From assembly GCA_031271125.1 (NCBI GenBank), contig JAISWH010000145.1, forward strand, positions 1,900 to 65,899: a stretch of DNA of 64,000 nt, given 5' to 3'. The translations under genes were made by a program, and so were the position numbers. This DNA comes from Dysgonamonadaceae bacterium (GTDB lineage: Bacteria > Bacteroidota > Bacteroidia > Bacteroidales > Azobacteroidaceae). The notes beneath the pieces are model-generated. The model saw only the letters and a program-made list of their open reading frames with translations, was not told the DNA's origin and ran no database searches. Positions 38,095 through 49,220 of the stretch are shown here, piece by piece (position 1 is the stretch's first letter; every line of letters begins with the position of its first letter).

Positions 38095-41000
38095 TGAAAT
38101 CCCGGAAAAAGTACATATTTATCGTAATATTTTTTGCTTTGGCAAGCGGGTTTTCCGGCTTGTCGTCGCCGCAAGCGCCCCCGCCGAAAACGATTACCCA
38201 AAGTACGGATACGACAAGTACGATTTTTCCGGTAGCAAAAACCATTCCCGAAGAATACCGGGATGTTAAAAACGTCTATCCTATTGATTTATCCACACCG
38301 CAAAACTTCAAATCCGATTTTGAATACAATCCGTTGACCAACAAGTATGAGTTACGGACAAAAATCGGGAACGAAGACATTGAGACCCCAATCACACTCA
38401 CTCCCGACGAATATTACAAATACAGCCTGCAAAAAAGCATGGATTTGTTTTACAGGGAAAAATATGCGGCAGAATTTGACAGTCTGGCGATGAAAAAAGA
38501 CAAAGACGCTTTATCCGCTTTCGATTTCAAGGTAAATATCGGGCCTGCCGATAAAATTTTCGGACCGGGCGGCGTTCGCTTGAATGCCGGCGGAAGCCTC
38601 ACCACCAAATTGGGATTCACGCATACTTCGACCGGCAATCCCACTTTGACCGAGCGGCAACGAAATCACACCGCTTTCGATTTCGACACTCAGATTCAAA
38701 CCAAAATCGAAGCGTCTGTAGGCGACAAACTCAATTTCGATTTGAATTATAATACCGAATCTACTTTCGGTTTCGATACGAAAAAGCTCAAATTGGGTTA
38801 TAACGGAAAAGAAGATGAAATCGTCAAAGTGCTGGAAGCAGGCAATGTCAGCATGAATACGACCAACTCCCTTATCCGGGGCGGCGCGGCTCTGTTCGGC
38901 GTCAAAACCCAACTGCAATTCGGGAAATTAACTGTTGACGCCGTTTTCTCCCAGCAAGAATCGCAATCCCGCTCCATCTCTACCAAAGGGAACGTACAGA
39001 CGACACAATTTGAAGTTTCCGCCGATAAATACGACGAAAACATGCACTATTTCCTGGCGCATTATTTCTACGACCATTACGACGAAGCGATGAGCACCTT
39101 GCCTTATATCAAGTCCCCGATAAGCATCGACCGGATAGAAGTCTGGATAACCAACCGGCGTTCGGATTTCAGGGAAGCGCGGAATATTATCGCTTTCACC
39201 GACCTTGCCGAATATAATGTCTTTAGTAATCCTGATTTCACGCACCCAACGGGCGCTGATGTCGTACCTTACAATGGAGCTAACGACTTATACAACAATA
39301 TCATAAACAATTATCCGGGAGCGCGCGACATCAGCGCGGTCAATCAAGTTTTGACAGGTTCCCTGGAAAACAGTTGGGACTATGAAAAAATCGAAAACGC
39401 CCGTAAATTAGAGGCTTCGGAATATATTTTTAATCCGCAATTGGGATACATTTCATTGCGTTATCCTTTGCAAGCGGATGAAGTTTTGGCGATTGCCTAT
39501 TCGTATGTCTACAAAGGAATTACCTATCAGGTCGGCGAATTTTCAACCGATAATCCCAACGACAGCAAAAGCAATCTGTATGTCAAACTAATAAAAGGAA
39601 CGGCCGTTTCCCCCAACTCCAAGACATGGAAACTGATGATGAAAAATGTTTACGCCATCACAGCAAACAATCAGAGTTTGACTTCGGATAAATTTCGTCT
39701 GAACATCAAATACTTAAATGATACAACCGGCGTTTATCTGAATTACATCACCGAAGGGAAAATCGCTAATCAGTTGCTCCTCCGGGTTGAAAGATTAGAC
39801 CGCCTGGATTCCCGCAACGAGCCGCGTCCCGACGGATTTTTCGACTTCGTTCCCGGTCTCACCGTTAAAGCCGACGAAGGAAAAATCATCTTCCCCGTCA
39901 TCGAACCTTTCGGCTCTCACCTGCGGAAAATGATTGACGACAACAGGATTGCCGACAAGTATGTATTTCAGGAATTGTACGATTCGACATTGACCATAGC
40001 GCAGCAAACGGCCGAAAAAAATAAATTTATCCTCGCCGGAGAATACAAAGGATCGAACGCATCCAACATTAACCTCGATGGGATGAATATTGCCAAAGGT
40101 TCGGTCACCGTCACTGCAAACGGCGTTCGCCTGAAGGAAAACGTCGATTATACCGTCGATTATGCAACCGGACAGGTTACTATCATCAACCCGCTTTATG
40201 AAAATGCCAATATCCAGACTTCATCCGAAGATCGTTCCGCTTTCGGAATGCAACGGAAAACCATGATGGGACTGAACCTGAATTATGCCGTAAGCAAGCA
40301 ATTCAACATCGGAGCTACCATCATGAACCTCAGCGAAATGCCGCTTACAATGAAAACCGAACCGGGACAGGAATCGATCAATAATACTTTGTTCGGTTTC
40401 AACGTTAATTACGCAACGCAATCGCAGTGGCTGACTAATTTGTTAGACAAAATACCTTTGTTGGAACTCACCGAACCATCCCAAATTACTTTCACCGCCG
40501 AATATGCCCGCTTAATTCCGGGACATTACGAAAGCAAATACGGCGGAAATCATTCATACATCGACGATTTCGAACAAGCCAAACAGGTCATCGACCTGCG
40601 TTCGCCTTATGCATGGAGTTTGGCCTCAACGCCTTCAATGTTTGAAGAATCCAAGAAATCAAATGATACGGACTACGGTAAAAACCGGTCACTGCTGGCC
40701 TGGTATCACATCGACGCTTTATTTACCCGCAAATCCTCGTTGACGCCGACTCATATCAAAAACGATTTGGATCAACTATCCAACCACTATGTGCGGGAAA
40801 TACCGGAAAGCGAACTTTTCCCCGATAAAGACCCTGTTTTCTTAGAAGCCGCAACTATTCCGGTACTCGACCTGGCTTATTATCCCCACGAACGCGGACC
40901 GTACAACTTAGACGCTTTGGGAATGAATCCCGACGGAACGCTGAACGAACCGGAAAAACGCTGGGGCGGTATCACCCGCCGAATCGAAAGCGGAAATACC

Positions 41001-44000
41001 GACTTTGAAGCCAACAACATCGAAACCATTGAATTTTGGCTCTTAGACCCATTTATCGGGAAAGAAAATTCCCGCGGCGGAGATTTGTATTTCAACCTGG
41101 GCGAAATTTCGGAAGACATCCTGAAAGATGAAAAGAAATTCTTCGAAAACGGTTTGCCGATAGACGGCGACACGACCAAAGTCACAAAAACAGTCTGGGG
41201 ATTGGTTCCCCAACAACAATCCTTAGTATATGCTTTCGAAAATGCAGATAACGCAAGAAAAATGCAAGACGTTGGATTCGACGGTTTACCCACCGAAAAA
41301 GAATTTACTTTTGATACTTATGCCAACTATCTGACAGAATTGGATCGCGTACTTTCTTCCGAAACAAAGGAAAACATGACGGATGACCCGTTTTCTCCAT
41401 ACAACGACCCGGCCGGTGATAATTACCACTACTTCAGAGGAGGCGATTACGATGCGCGGCAAGTGCCCATTCTTGGAAGATACAAGCATTACAACGGCGT
41501 GGAAGGAAACTCGGCCGATGCTTCCACTTCGCCCGAAAATTATAACACCGCCGCACGGCTTTCTCCCGACATAGAAGACATTAATCAGGACAATACGCTC
41601 AACGAAGCCGAAAAATATTTCCAATACAAGGTGTCAATCCGTCCCGACAGCATGGTCGTCGGCAAAAACTTCATCGTGCAGAAAATGGAAGTGAAACCGA
41701 ATTTGAAAAACGGTAAAGATGAAACGGTTGTGTGGTATCAATTCAAAATTCCTGTCAGTGAATACGAAAAGAAAATTGGTAACATATCCGATTTCAAAAC
41801 GATACGTTTCATCCGGATGTTTTTGACCCATTTCTCGGATTCCGTCATTCTTCGTTTCGGAACACTCCAATTTGATTACGGTCAATGGCGCATCTACCAA
41901 AAAGACTTGTTCGATCCCAAATCGCCGCCACAAGGAAACGGTACGATCAACATGTCCACAGTAAACATGGAGGAAAGCGGCAGCAAAGAACCGGTCAATT
42001 ATGTCATGCCGCCGGGCGTAAACCGGATTTTAGATCCCGGACAAACCCAGTTGCGCCAGCAAAACGAACAGTCCATGTCGATCCGGATCAACAACCTTTC
42101 GCAAGGCGACGCCCGCGCGATTTACAAATCAACCGGTTTGGATACGCGCCAATACCGCCGTTTGCAAATGTTTGCCCATGCCGAAAAACTCATCGACCTG
42201 CCTGCTGATTTGCACGACAACGATTTATCCGTATTCATCCGTTTGGGTTCCGACTATAAGGGCCATTACTACGAATATGAAGTACCGCTGAAACTCACGC
42301 CTCCGGGACGTTACAACGAATCCAACGAATTGAGGAAAACTGTTTGGCCCGAATCAAACATGATTGATTTCCCATTTGAATTGCTCACAAATCTCAAATT
42401 GGAAAGAAACAAAGAAAAACGAAAAGCCGGTTCACAAGTCACTTATTATACGCCTTTTTCCATTTTCGACCCGGAAAAACCGATGAATAAAGTGAGCGTC
42501 GTAGGAAATCCGACCATTTCCAATATCAAGGTAATCATGATCGGCGTCCGCAACAATTCCCGCGCCACCCAATCCGCAGAAATCTGGGTGAACGAATTGC
42601 GATTGACGGATTTTAACGAAGACGGCGGTTGGGCGGGAAACGCCAACCTGTATGTCGGACTTTCCAACATGGGTTCGGTCAACTTTTCGGGACGAAAGGA
42701 AACGGCGGGATTCGGCAGCTTAGACCAAGGCATTATGGACCGGAACATCGACGATATGTATCAATACAACATCGCTTCGCAAATTGACCTCGGCCGCTTT
42801 TTCCCCGAAAAAGCCAAAGTCAATCTTCCATTTTATTATTCTTACACGGAAGACGTTGTTAACCCGAAATACAATCCCTTAGATCAGGACGTTTTGTTGA
42901 AAGATGCTTTGGATGCAGTGGAAACGCAAGTGGAACGGGATTCAATTAAAAATTTCGCCCAAAACAAGAAAACGACCAAATCAATTGCCTTTAACAATGT
43001 CAGAGCGAATATCCGAAGCAAACAACCGATGCCTTACGATCCGGCGAATTTCTCGTTCGACTATTCGCATGTTGAAAATTATCTGCAAGACGCGACCACT
43101 CAATACGAACAGACAATAGCAGATGCGGTGAACCTGAATTATTCCTACTTGCCGGTGTTCAAACCATGGAAACCTTTCGTAAGAAACAACGATAAAAAGC
43201 AAGAAACGCAAGGGACGTTAGAAAAGCCACGCCCCAAAAACACTTCTTCCCGCTCAAACACAGGATTTCTGCAAAACATTGAAATCGGTTGGCTGCCGAG
43301 ATCTCTGGATATTAATCTGGAAAGAACACGTAATTATTACGAAGTGCAACTGCGGGATTTGGGCGAATTGGGTGAAAACATGATTCCGCCTTCGTTCAGG
43401 GACGATTTTTATTGGAACCGATCATTGAAAACCCAATGGGGTTTGACGAAAAACCTGAACTTAGCTTTCAATTCGGGAACAAACGCACGGATAGAAACAC
43501 TCAAGCAAAAAACCGACGATAGCTTCTTGCCGGATGATGAGTACCTTAAACGGAAAAAATCCGTATGGCAAGACATCCGGGATTTGGGCGATCCGATGGA
43601 ATACAAACAAACGTTTTCGGCTACTTACACGCTTCCTTTCAACGTCATTCCCGCGCTCGGTTTTATCAAAGGATCCCTGTCGTTCAACAGTGGATACAAT
43701 TGGCAAAGAGGCGCTACACTCAGTTCCGAAAACAATGCCGAAACAAATACCGTGGAAATGGGAAATATTATCAATAATAACCGCACCATTGGAATCGAAA
43801 ATATCAAATTCGAGTTACTGAATCTATATAATAAATCCAAATTCCTGGCAGACGTAAACAAAAAATTTACGGCTTCAAGAACTGCGCCGGCCCGGAACGC
43901 AAGAAGAACAGGCGGCGCCAATGCACGCCAAACCAATGAGGCCAAAAAAGCAGAAGCGGAAAAGAGAAAGAAAAAATACGAAGGCAATATCACCCTTATG

Positions 44001-45650
44001 CCCGATTCGACAACCGTACTCACTCACCAGTTGAATAACAATCGCTTACGAATCACGGCGCGAGACAAAAACGGCAAATTATACCCAATCAAATACAAAA
44101 CCGTCGATAACAATTCTATCCGCATACAAGGCAAGGATTCGGTAAACCTGAAAGTCGTCATTTCCCAATTACCGCCTCTCAATGATGAAACCTGGTACAA
44201 AACTTTGCAATATGCGGCGTGGGGATTGATGACGGTGAGATCGTTCGGTTTTTCGTACAACGAAGGTACCGATATGATGCTTCCCAATTTCCAACCCTAT
44301 ATCGGCGATTTCTTCGGACAAGGCTCCACGCCATTCGGATACGCGCCCGGTCTGGATTTTGCTTTCGGATTGGCCGGTGAAAGTTATATCGAAAGAGCGA
44401 AAAAGAACAACTGGCTGATGAAAAACGAAGCAATCGAAAACAACATCACCCCGGCCATGCTCAACAAAACGGGAACTTTCAAATTTACCGCCAATCTGGA
44501 ACCGGTTGCCGGTATGCGCATCGTCCTGAATGCTACGCGAACCCGAACGGACAGGCAACAAACTTACTTCATGTATGGAAACGATTTGAGTTCCATGCCC
44601 CGCAAATTTACCGGCGATTTCAAAATGACCACCATCAGCATAGGCACGGCTTTCGAATCGGGTAATGCCAATAACGGCTACTATTCCAAAGCGTTTAATG
44701 ACTTCCTCGACAACAGGGCAATGATTGCCAACCGCTTGCGGCAAGTTTACAGCCGGACATCTTATCCCGATGCAGGCTTCCTGAAAGGCGATCCCTTGGC
44801 CGGCCAAGCTTTCGATCCCCAAAACGGCAATGTTGATTTCAATTCGACAGATGTGTTAATTCCGGCTTTCATTGCGGCTTATACCGGACAAAACGCAAAA
44901 TCGGTCGGCCTCTCGGCTTTTCCTTCATTGAAGAAGTTGTTGCCCAACTGGGAAATCACTTACGACGGTTTGATGAAAATTCCTTTTATTGCCAAACATT
45001 TTAAGTCATTCGTGCTCAAACACAACTACACGAGCGTTTACAGCGTAGGCGCTTTCAATTCTTTCCTGAGCTGGGTCGGTACGGAAGATGACGGAATCGG
45101 GTTTATCCAAAGTGTAACGAACAATCGCCCGCTGCCGTCGTCGCCATACGATATCACTGCCGTCAGTATCGTCGAGACATTCAACCCGTTGTTGGGACTC
45201 AACTCGACGCTTGTGAACAATATGAGTATAACGCTCCAATACAATACCAACCGAAGTATCAACCTCAATGTTTCCGCCTACCAGATTGTAGAATCGAAAA
45301 CACAAAGTCTCACATTCGGTACCGGTTATCGCTTTGAAAATTTCAACCGCATATTGAAAATCAGGAAAACCGGCGGTCCCAATTTCAATAACGAACTGAA
45401 CGTGAAGGCCGATATTTCCTACAACATGACGCAAAATCTGATTCGCAAGATTCAAGACAATTTAACACAAGCCACGAATGGAAATTCGCAAACCATGATT
45501 AAACTTTCGGCCGATTACAATTTGAGCAGATTAATTACTTTACAAGCATTTTTTGACAGGCAAATCAGTAAACCTTTGGTTTCGGCAACGGCTTATCCGG
45601 TATCCAAATCCAGTTTCGGATTAAGCGTCAGGGTCAGTTTAATGCGCTGA
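38094..45650 (+). CDS. sprA: Type IX secretion system translocon SprA/Sov
   Basis: ~2518 aa with a signal peptide; YNGKEDEIVKVLEAGNVS, YIDDFE, WYQFKIP, IRFIRMFLT, WVNELRL; translationally coupled to ruvA (TGATG). Confidence 0.93.
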   Translation: MKSRKKYIFIVIFFALASGFSGLSSPQAPPPKTITQSTDTTSTIFPVAKTIPEEYRDVKNVYPIDLSTPQNFKSDFEYNPLTNKYELRTKIGNEDIETPITLTPDEYYKYSLQKSMDLFYREKYAAEFDSLAMKKDKDALSAFDFKVNIGPADKIFGPGGVRLNAGGSLTTKLGFTHTSTGNPTLTERQRNHTAFDFDTQIQTKIEASVGDKLNFDLNYNTESTFGFDTKKLKLGYNGKEDEIVKVLEAGNVSMNTTNSLIRGGAALFGVKTQLQFGKLTVDAVFSQQESQSRSISTKGNVQTTQFEVSADKYDENMHYFLAHYFYDHYDEAMSTLPYIKSPISIDRIEVWITNRRSDFREARNIIAFTDLAEYNVFSNPDFTHPTGADVVPYNGANDLYNNIINNYPGARDISAVNQVLTGSLENSWDYEKIENARKLEASEYIFNPQLGYISLRYPLQADEVLAIAYSYVYKGITYQVGEFSTDNPNDSKSNLYVKLIKGTAVSPNSKTWKLMMKNVYAITANNQSLTSDKFRLNIKYLNDTTGVYLNYITEGKIANQLLLRVERLDRLDSRNEPRPDGFFDFVPGLTVKADEGKIIFPVIEPFGSHLRKMIDDNRIADKYVFQELYDSTLTIAQQTAEKNKFILAGEYKGSNASNINLDGMNIAKGSVTVTANGVRLKENVDYTVDYATGQVTIINPLYENANIQTSSEDRSAFGMQRKTMMGLNLNYAVSKQFNIGATIMNLSEMPLTMKTEPGQESINNTLFGFNVNYATQSQWLTNLLDKIPLLELTEPSQITFTAEYARLIPGHYESKYGGNHSYIDDFEQAKQVIDLRSPYAWSLASTPSMFEESKKSNDTDYGKNRSLLAWYHIDALFTRKSSLTPTHIKNDLDQLSNHYVREIPESELFPDKDPVFLEAATIPVLDLAYYPHERGPYNLDALGMNPDGTLNEPEKRWGGITRRIESGNTDFEANNIETIEFWLLDPFIGKENSRGGDLYFNLGEISEDILKDEKKFFENGLPIDGDTTKVTKTVWGLVPQQQSLVYAFENADNARKMQDVGFDGLPTEKEFTFDTYANYLTELDRVLSSETKENMTDDPFSPYNDPAGDNYHYFRGGDYDARQVPILGRYKHYNGVEGNSADASTSPENYNTAARLSPDIEDINQDNTLNEAEKYFQYKVSIRPDSMVVGKNFIVQKMEVKPNLKNGKDETVVWYQFKIPVSEYEKKIGNISDFKTIRFIRMFLTHFSDSVILRFGTLQFDYGQWRIYQKDLFDPKSPPQGNGTINMSTVNMEESGSKEPVNYVMPPGVNRILDPGQTQLRQQNEQSMSIRINNLSQGDARAIYKSTGLDTRQYRRLQMFAHAEKLIDLPADLHDNDLSVFIRLGSDYKGHYYEYEVPLKLTPPGRYNESNELRKTVWPESNMIDFPFELLTNLKLERNKEKRKAGSQVTYYTPFSIFDPEKPMNKVSVVGNPTISNIKVIMIGVRNNSRATQSAEIWVNELRLTDFNEDGGWAGNANLYVGLSNMGSVNFSGRKETAGFGSLDQGIMDRNIDDMYQYNIASQIDLGRFFPEKAKVNLPFYYSYTEDVVNPKYNPLDQDVLLKDALDAVETQVERDSIKNFAQNKKTTKSIAFNNVRANIRSKQPMPYDPANFSFDYSHVENYLQDATTQYEQTIADAVNLNYSYLPVFKPWKPFVRNNDKKQETQGTLEKPRPKNTSSRSNTGFLQNIEIGWLPRSLDINLERTRNYYEVQLRDLGELGENMIPPSFRDDFYWNRSLKTQWGLTKNLNLAFNSGTNARIETLKQKTDDSFLPDDEYLKRKKSVWQDIRDLGDPMEYKQTFSATYTLPFNVIPALGFIKGSLSFNSGYNWQRGATLSSENNAETNTVEMGNIINNNRTIGIENIKFELLNLYNKSKFLADVNKKFTASRTAPARNARRTGGANARQTNEAKKAEAEKRKKKYEGNITLMPDSTTVLTHQLNNNRLRITARDKNGKLYPIKYKTVDNNSIRIQGKDSVNLKVVISQLPPLNDETWYKTLQYAAWGLMTVRSFGFSYNEGTDMMLPNFQPYIGDFFGQGSTPFGYAPGLDFAFGLAGESYIERAKKNNWLMKNEAIENNITPAMLNKTGTFKFTANLEPVAGMRIVLNATRTRTDRQQTYFMYGNDLSSMPRKFTGDFKMTTISIGTAFESGNANNGYYSKAFNDFLDNRAMIANRLRQVYSRTSYPDAGFLKGDPLAGQAFDPQNGNVDFNSTDVLIPAFIAAYTGQNAKSVGLSAFPSLKKLLPNWEITYDGLMKIPFIAKHFKSFVLKHNYTSVYSVGAFNSFLSWVGTEDDGIGFIQSVTNNRPLPSSPYDITAVSIVETFNPLLGLNSTLVNNMSITLQYNTNRSINLNVSAYQIVESKTQSLTFGTGYRFENFNRILKIRKTGGPNFNNELNVKADISYNMTQNLIRKIQDNLTQATNGNSQTMIKLSADYNLSRLITLQAFFDRQISKPLVSATAYPVSKSSFGLSVRVSLMR

Positions 45651-45939
45651 AAAAGGCTCCTCGTTTGGATAATTTGAAAAAAAATTGTAAATTTTTGGAA
45701 TAACACTCTTTTTTTGCAATTATGCTTCGCCCTTCACCTTTCATCCTTCACCAATACACAAAACTATCCCGCGCGGAATATAACAGATTTTTGAAGGTGA
45801 TGAGACAATTTTAATTGCTCTTTTTTATAAATAACAATAATTTTTTCAAAAATATAATGCTTGGTATAACAAAATTTTGTATCTTCGTGCGCAATTTCCG
45901 AAAAGTAAATTAAATTAAAAATTTAAGTGTATTTATAAT

Positions 45940-48075
45940 ATGGCAACATTAGAAAAAATCAGAAATAAAGCAGGTCTGCTTGTAGGTGTTGTAGGGCTTG
46001 CTTTATTAGCTTTCATTATCGGTGACTTTCTTAAATCAGGGTCTACCTTTTTTCATCAAAGTAAGGAGAAAATTGTAATAGTTGATGGTCAATCTGTTGG
46101 TTATCAGGAATTTATGAAAAGAGTTGAGGACATGAGCAACGCTTATAAAAATAATTACGGCGGAGCGCTTCAGGAAGATCAACAAGACCAGATTCGCCAA
46201 GCGGTATATGATGAAGTGGTAGGGAAAATCTTATTGGACAATGAATCGGAAAAAACCGGTTTAACTGTTGGCGCTGATGAACTTACCGATATGATTATGG
46301 GGAAAAACATTTCCCCGATGATCCAACAATACTTCAGAAATCCTCAAACCGGCGTTTTTGACCGCAACGCTTTGATGCAATTTCTGCAAATCATGGAATC
46401 GGAAGATATGTGGCTAAATTATTCCGACGTCGAACAACAACAACTTGCCGCTCAGAAAATGCAGTGGAATGATATGAAGAATGTGATTGTCGAACAGAAA
46501 AAAATCGGAAAATTAAACACATTCCTTTCTTCTGCAATGGTTTCCAATGTGATAGATGCAAAAGCCGCTTACGAAGAAAACAATGAGAATGTGGATTTTA
46601 ATTTTGTTGCTCAGCCTTATATTTCCATGCCGGATTCTGCGGTTGTTGTCTCTGAAAGTGAACTTAAATCCTTGTACGAAAAACGAAAAGAAGAATTTAA
46701 ACAGGAAGAAGCCCGGGTGATTGATTATATCTCTGTCGCTATTGCTCCCAGCAGCAAAGACATTCAAGACGCGATTGTCCGGTTGGATACCGTAAGGAGC
46801 GAACTTCAAAGAACCGATGAAGTATCGGATATTATCAACGATAACTCGGATGTTAAATATGCAGATGTTTATCTCTCTACAACCGCTTTGAACGAAAGCG
46901 AACGGGTATTTGTGAGCAAAGCAGGGATCGGTGATGTGGAAGGTCCGGTTTCGGAAGGAGGAAATGTTCACTATGTTCACAAATTGATTGGTAAAAAAGA
47001 GGCGCCCGATTCCGTAAAACTGAATCTGATTGTTTTGCCTAATTTTACGGATGATGTGAAATTGGCGGCTTATGCCGATAGCTTGACGCAAGTAGTTAAA
47101 GGTGGAAAATCTTTTACGCAAATGGTGTTGGAATTGACCAACGGCCAAGGCAACGGAGACACGGGTTGGCAAACTGAAATTTCTTTGTTTCGGAACGGTT
47201 TGGATACTAAGTTTGTTGATGCGATCTTTAAATCGGATGTCAATAAAGTATTTTTACACAGGGCTGCGCTTCGGAATTATCTGGTGCAAGTGTCCGAAAA
47301 AACAAAACCTGTTACTAAATATAAGATCGGAACCGTTCAGTATCTGATAACGGCGAGCCAAGAAACAATGAACAAAATCTATAATAATTTAAGCGCTTAT
47401 ATTACAAACAATAATAAAATAGAATCTTTCAAAAATTCGGGAGAAAACGCCGGTTACCTTGTTCAAAAGGAAGTGCCGATTTACGCCAATCAACTCAAAT
47501 TGTCTTCACTTGAAAGTTCGAGATCTGTTATTCGCTGGGCTTTCAATAGTAACAAAGGAAGTATATCGGAAATCATACAATGCGGCGATTATTATGTCGT
47601 TGCAGCTGTAGAAGGAAAATTGAAAGAAGGATATCGTCCGTTAAAAGAAGTGGCGGATATTTTGAAAAGAGAATTGCTGAATCAAAAGAAAGGTGAAAAA
47701 ATCGTCAAAAACCTGGAAGCAAAAAATCTGACTTCTTTGGAAGACTATGCAAGAGAAATGAATACGGAACAGCAAGAAGTTAAATTCGTAACGTTCTCTA
47801 CACCGAGGATTTCCGCCATAGGCGCAGAGCCGGCGGTGAATGTTGTAGCGCTTTCAACCGAAAAGGGAAAAATCAGCAAACCTTTTGCCGGGAAAACGGC
47901 CGCATACGTTTTGTCGGTAACGGATAGAAGAACCGGTGAACAGCCGTTCGACGAAAAAACGCAAATGCAACAATTGAATATGCAAAACAGTTACAGGGTC
48001 ATGTCGTTTCTACAGAATAATGCGTTGCTGAAGGAAATTGCAAAAATAGAAGACAATAGAATACGATTTTTTTAA
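45940..48075 (+). CDS. SurA N-terminal domain / PpiD-like periplasmic chaperone-PPIase
   Basis: MATLEKIRNK..LL..VVGLALLAFIIGD N-terminal anchor; C-terminus IEDNRIRFF typical of the Bacteroidetes family. Confidence 0.85.
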   Translation: MATLEKIRNKAGLLVGVVGLALLAFIIGDFLKSGSTFFHQSKEKIVIVDGQSVGYQEFMKRVEDMSNAYKNNYGGALQEDQQDQIRQAVYDEVVGKILLDNESEKTGLTVGADELTDMIMGKNISPMIQQYFRNPQTGVFDRNALMQFLQIMESEDMWLNYSDVEQQQLAAQKMQWNDMKNVIVEQKKIGKLNTFLSSAMVSNVIDAKAAYEENNENVDFNFVAQPYISMPDSAVVVSESELKSLYEKRKEEFKQEEARVIDYISVAIAPSSKDIQDAIVRLDTVRSELQRTDEVSDIINDNSDVKYADVYLSTTALNESERVFVSKAGIGDVEGPVSEGGNVHYVHKLIGKKEAPDSVKLNLIVLPNFTDDVKLAAYADSLTQVVKGGKSFTQMVLELTNGQGNGDTGWQTEISLFRNGLDTKFVDAIFKSDVNKVFLHRAALRNYLVQVSEKTKPVTKYKIGTVQYLITASQETMNKIYNNLSAYITNNNKIESFKNSGENAGYLVQKEVPIYANQLKLSSLESSRSVIRWAFNSNKGSISEIIQCGDYYVVAAVEGKLKEGYRPLKEVADILKRELLNQKKGEKIVKNLEAKNLTSLEDYAREMNTEQQEVKFVTFSTPRISAIGAEPAVNVVALSTEKGKISKPFAGKTAAYVLSVTDRRTGEQPFDEKTQMQQLNMQNSYRVMSFLQNNALLKEIAKIEDNRIRFF

Positions 48076-48148
48076 TTACGAATTGCGAATTACGAGTTAC
48101 GAATCACGGGCAACCTTATTCGTAATTCGTAATTCGTATTTCGTAATT
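48074..48148. repeat. (AATTACG)x5 / (CGTAATT)x4 inverted heptamer hairpin
   Basis: AATTACG AATTGCG AATTACG AGTTACG AATCACG - loop - CGTAATT CGTAATT CGTATTT CGTAATT; begins inside the upstream TAA. Confidence 0.9.
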
Positions 48149-48158
48149 ACACAATACG

Positions 48159-49187
48159 ATGCCGAATATTTCATTGATAGGAAAAACGCAGGAAGAACTC
48201 CATTCTTTGGTGAAAGAATTGAATATGCCTGCTTTTACAGCCAAACAAATTGCATCTTGGTTGTATAAGAAAAAAGTATCTTCTATTGATGAGATGACAG
48301 ATATTTCTTTGGCCGGAAGAGAAAAGCTGAAAAAAAACTACGAAGTAGGCAGATTATCCTACCGGCAACGGCAGGAATCGACCGACGGAACCTTGAAATA
48401 TCTTTTCCCCGTTTCGGAGGATACATTCATAGAAACGGTTTACATACCGGATAAGGAAAGGGCTACGCTTTGTGTTTCCACGCAAGTCGGTTGTAAAATG
48501 AATTGCCGGTTTTGTATGACGGGAAAACAAGGATTTATCGCAGGGCTTTCGCCGGCCGAAATTATGAACCAGATACTTTCTATTCCGGAGCGGGAAAACC
48601 TGACAAATATTGTGTTCATGGGTATGGGAGAGCCTTTGGATAATATAAAAGCGCTTTTCAAGTCATTGGAAATTCTGACGTCCGATTACGGTTTCGGCTA
48701 TAGTCCCAAACGGATTACGGTTTCGACCGTCGGACTGATTCCCGGATTGGAACGCTTCCTGACTGAAAGCAAGTGCCATTTGGCGGTTAGTATTCATTCG
48801 CCGTTTCCCGAAGAAAGGCTTTCGCTCATGCCGGTGGAAAAAGCATATCCCATCGGAAAAGTTGTGGAACTGATTAAGCAATATGATTTTTCGCATCAGC
48901 GAAGGGTTTCTTTTGAGTATATTCTTTTCGGCGGTTTCAATGATGATTTGGAGCATGCACGAGCATTGGCAAACTTGTTGCAGGGCATTCCCTGCCGAAT
49001 GAATCTGATTAAATATCACACAATTCCTGATGTGGATTTGCCGGAAACGCAGTTTGAAAAAATGGCGCCTTTCCGAGACTACCTTTCTTCAAGGGGAATT
49101 ATTTCCACGATTCGGGCGTCGCGGGGTGAAGATATTTTAGCGGCTTGCGGAATGCTATCACATGCTGTGAAATTTCGTGAAAAATAG
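48159..49187 (+). CDS. rlmN: 23S rRNA m2A2503 / tRNA methyltransferase (radical SAM)
   Basis: CVSTQVGCKMNCRFC, FMGMGEPL, RASRGEDILAACG. Confidence 0.96.
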   Translation: MPNISLIGKTQEELHSLVKELNMPAFTAKQIASWLYKKKVSSIDEMTDISLAGREKLKKNYEVGRLSYRQRQESTDGTLKYLFPVSEDTFIETVYIPDKERATLCVSTQVGCKMNCRFCMTGKQGFIAGLSPAEIMNQILSIPERENLTNIVFMGMGEPLDNIKALFKSLEILTSDYGFGYSPKRITVSTVGLIPGLERFLTESKCHLAVSIHSPFPEERLSLMPVEKAYPIGKVVELIKQYDFSHQRRVSFEYILFGGFNDDLEHARALANLLQGIPCRMNLIKYHTIPDVDLPETQFEKMAPFRDYLSSRGIISTIRASRGEDILAACGMLSHAVKFREK

Positions 49188-49220
49188 TATATTTATGACC
49201 GGTTTTTGACAAAAAATAAT

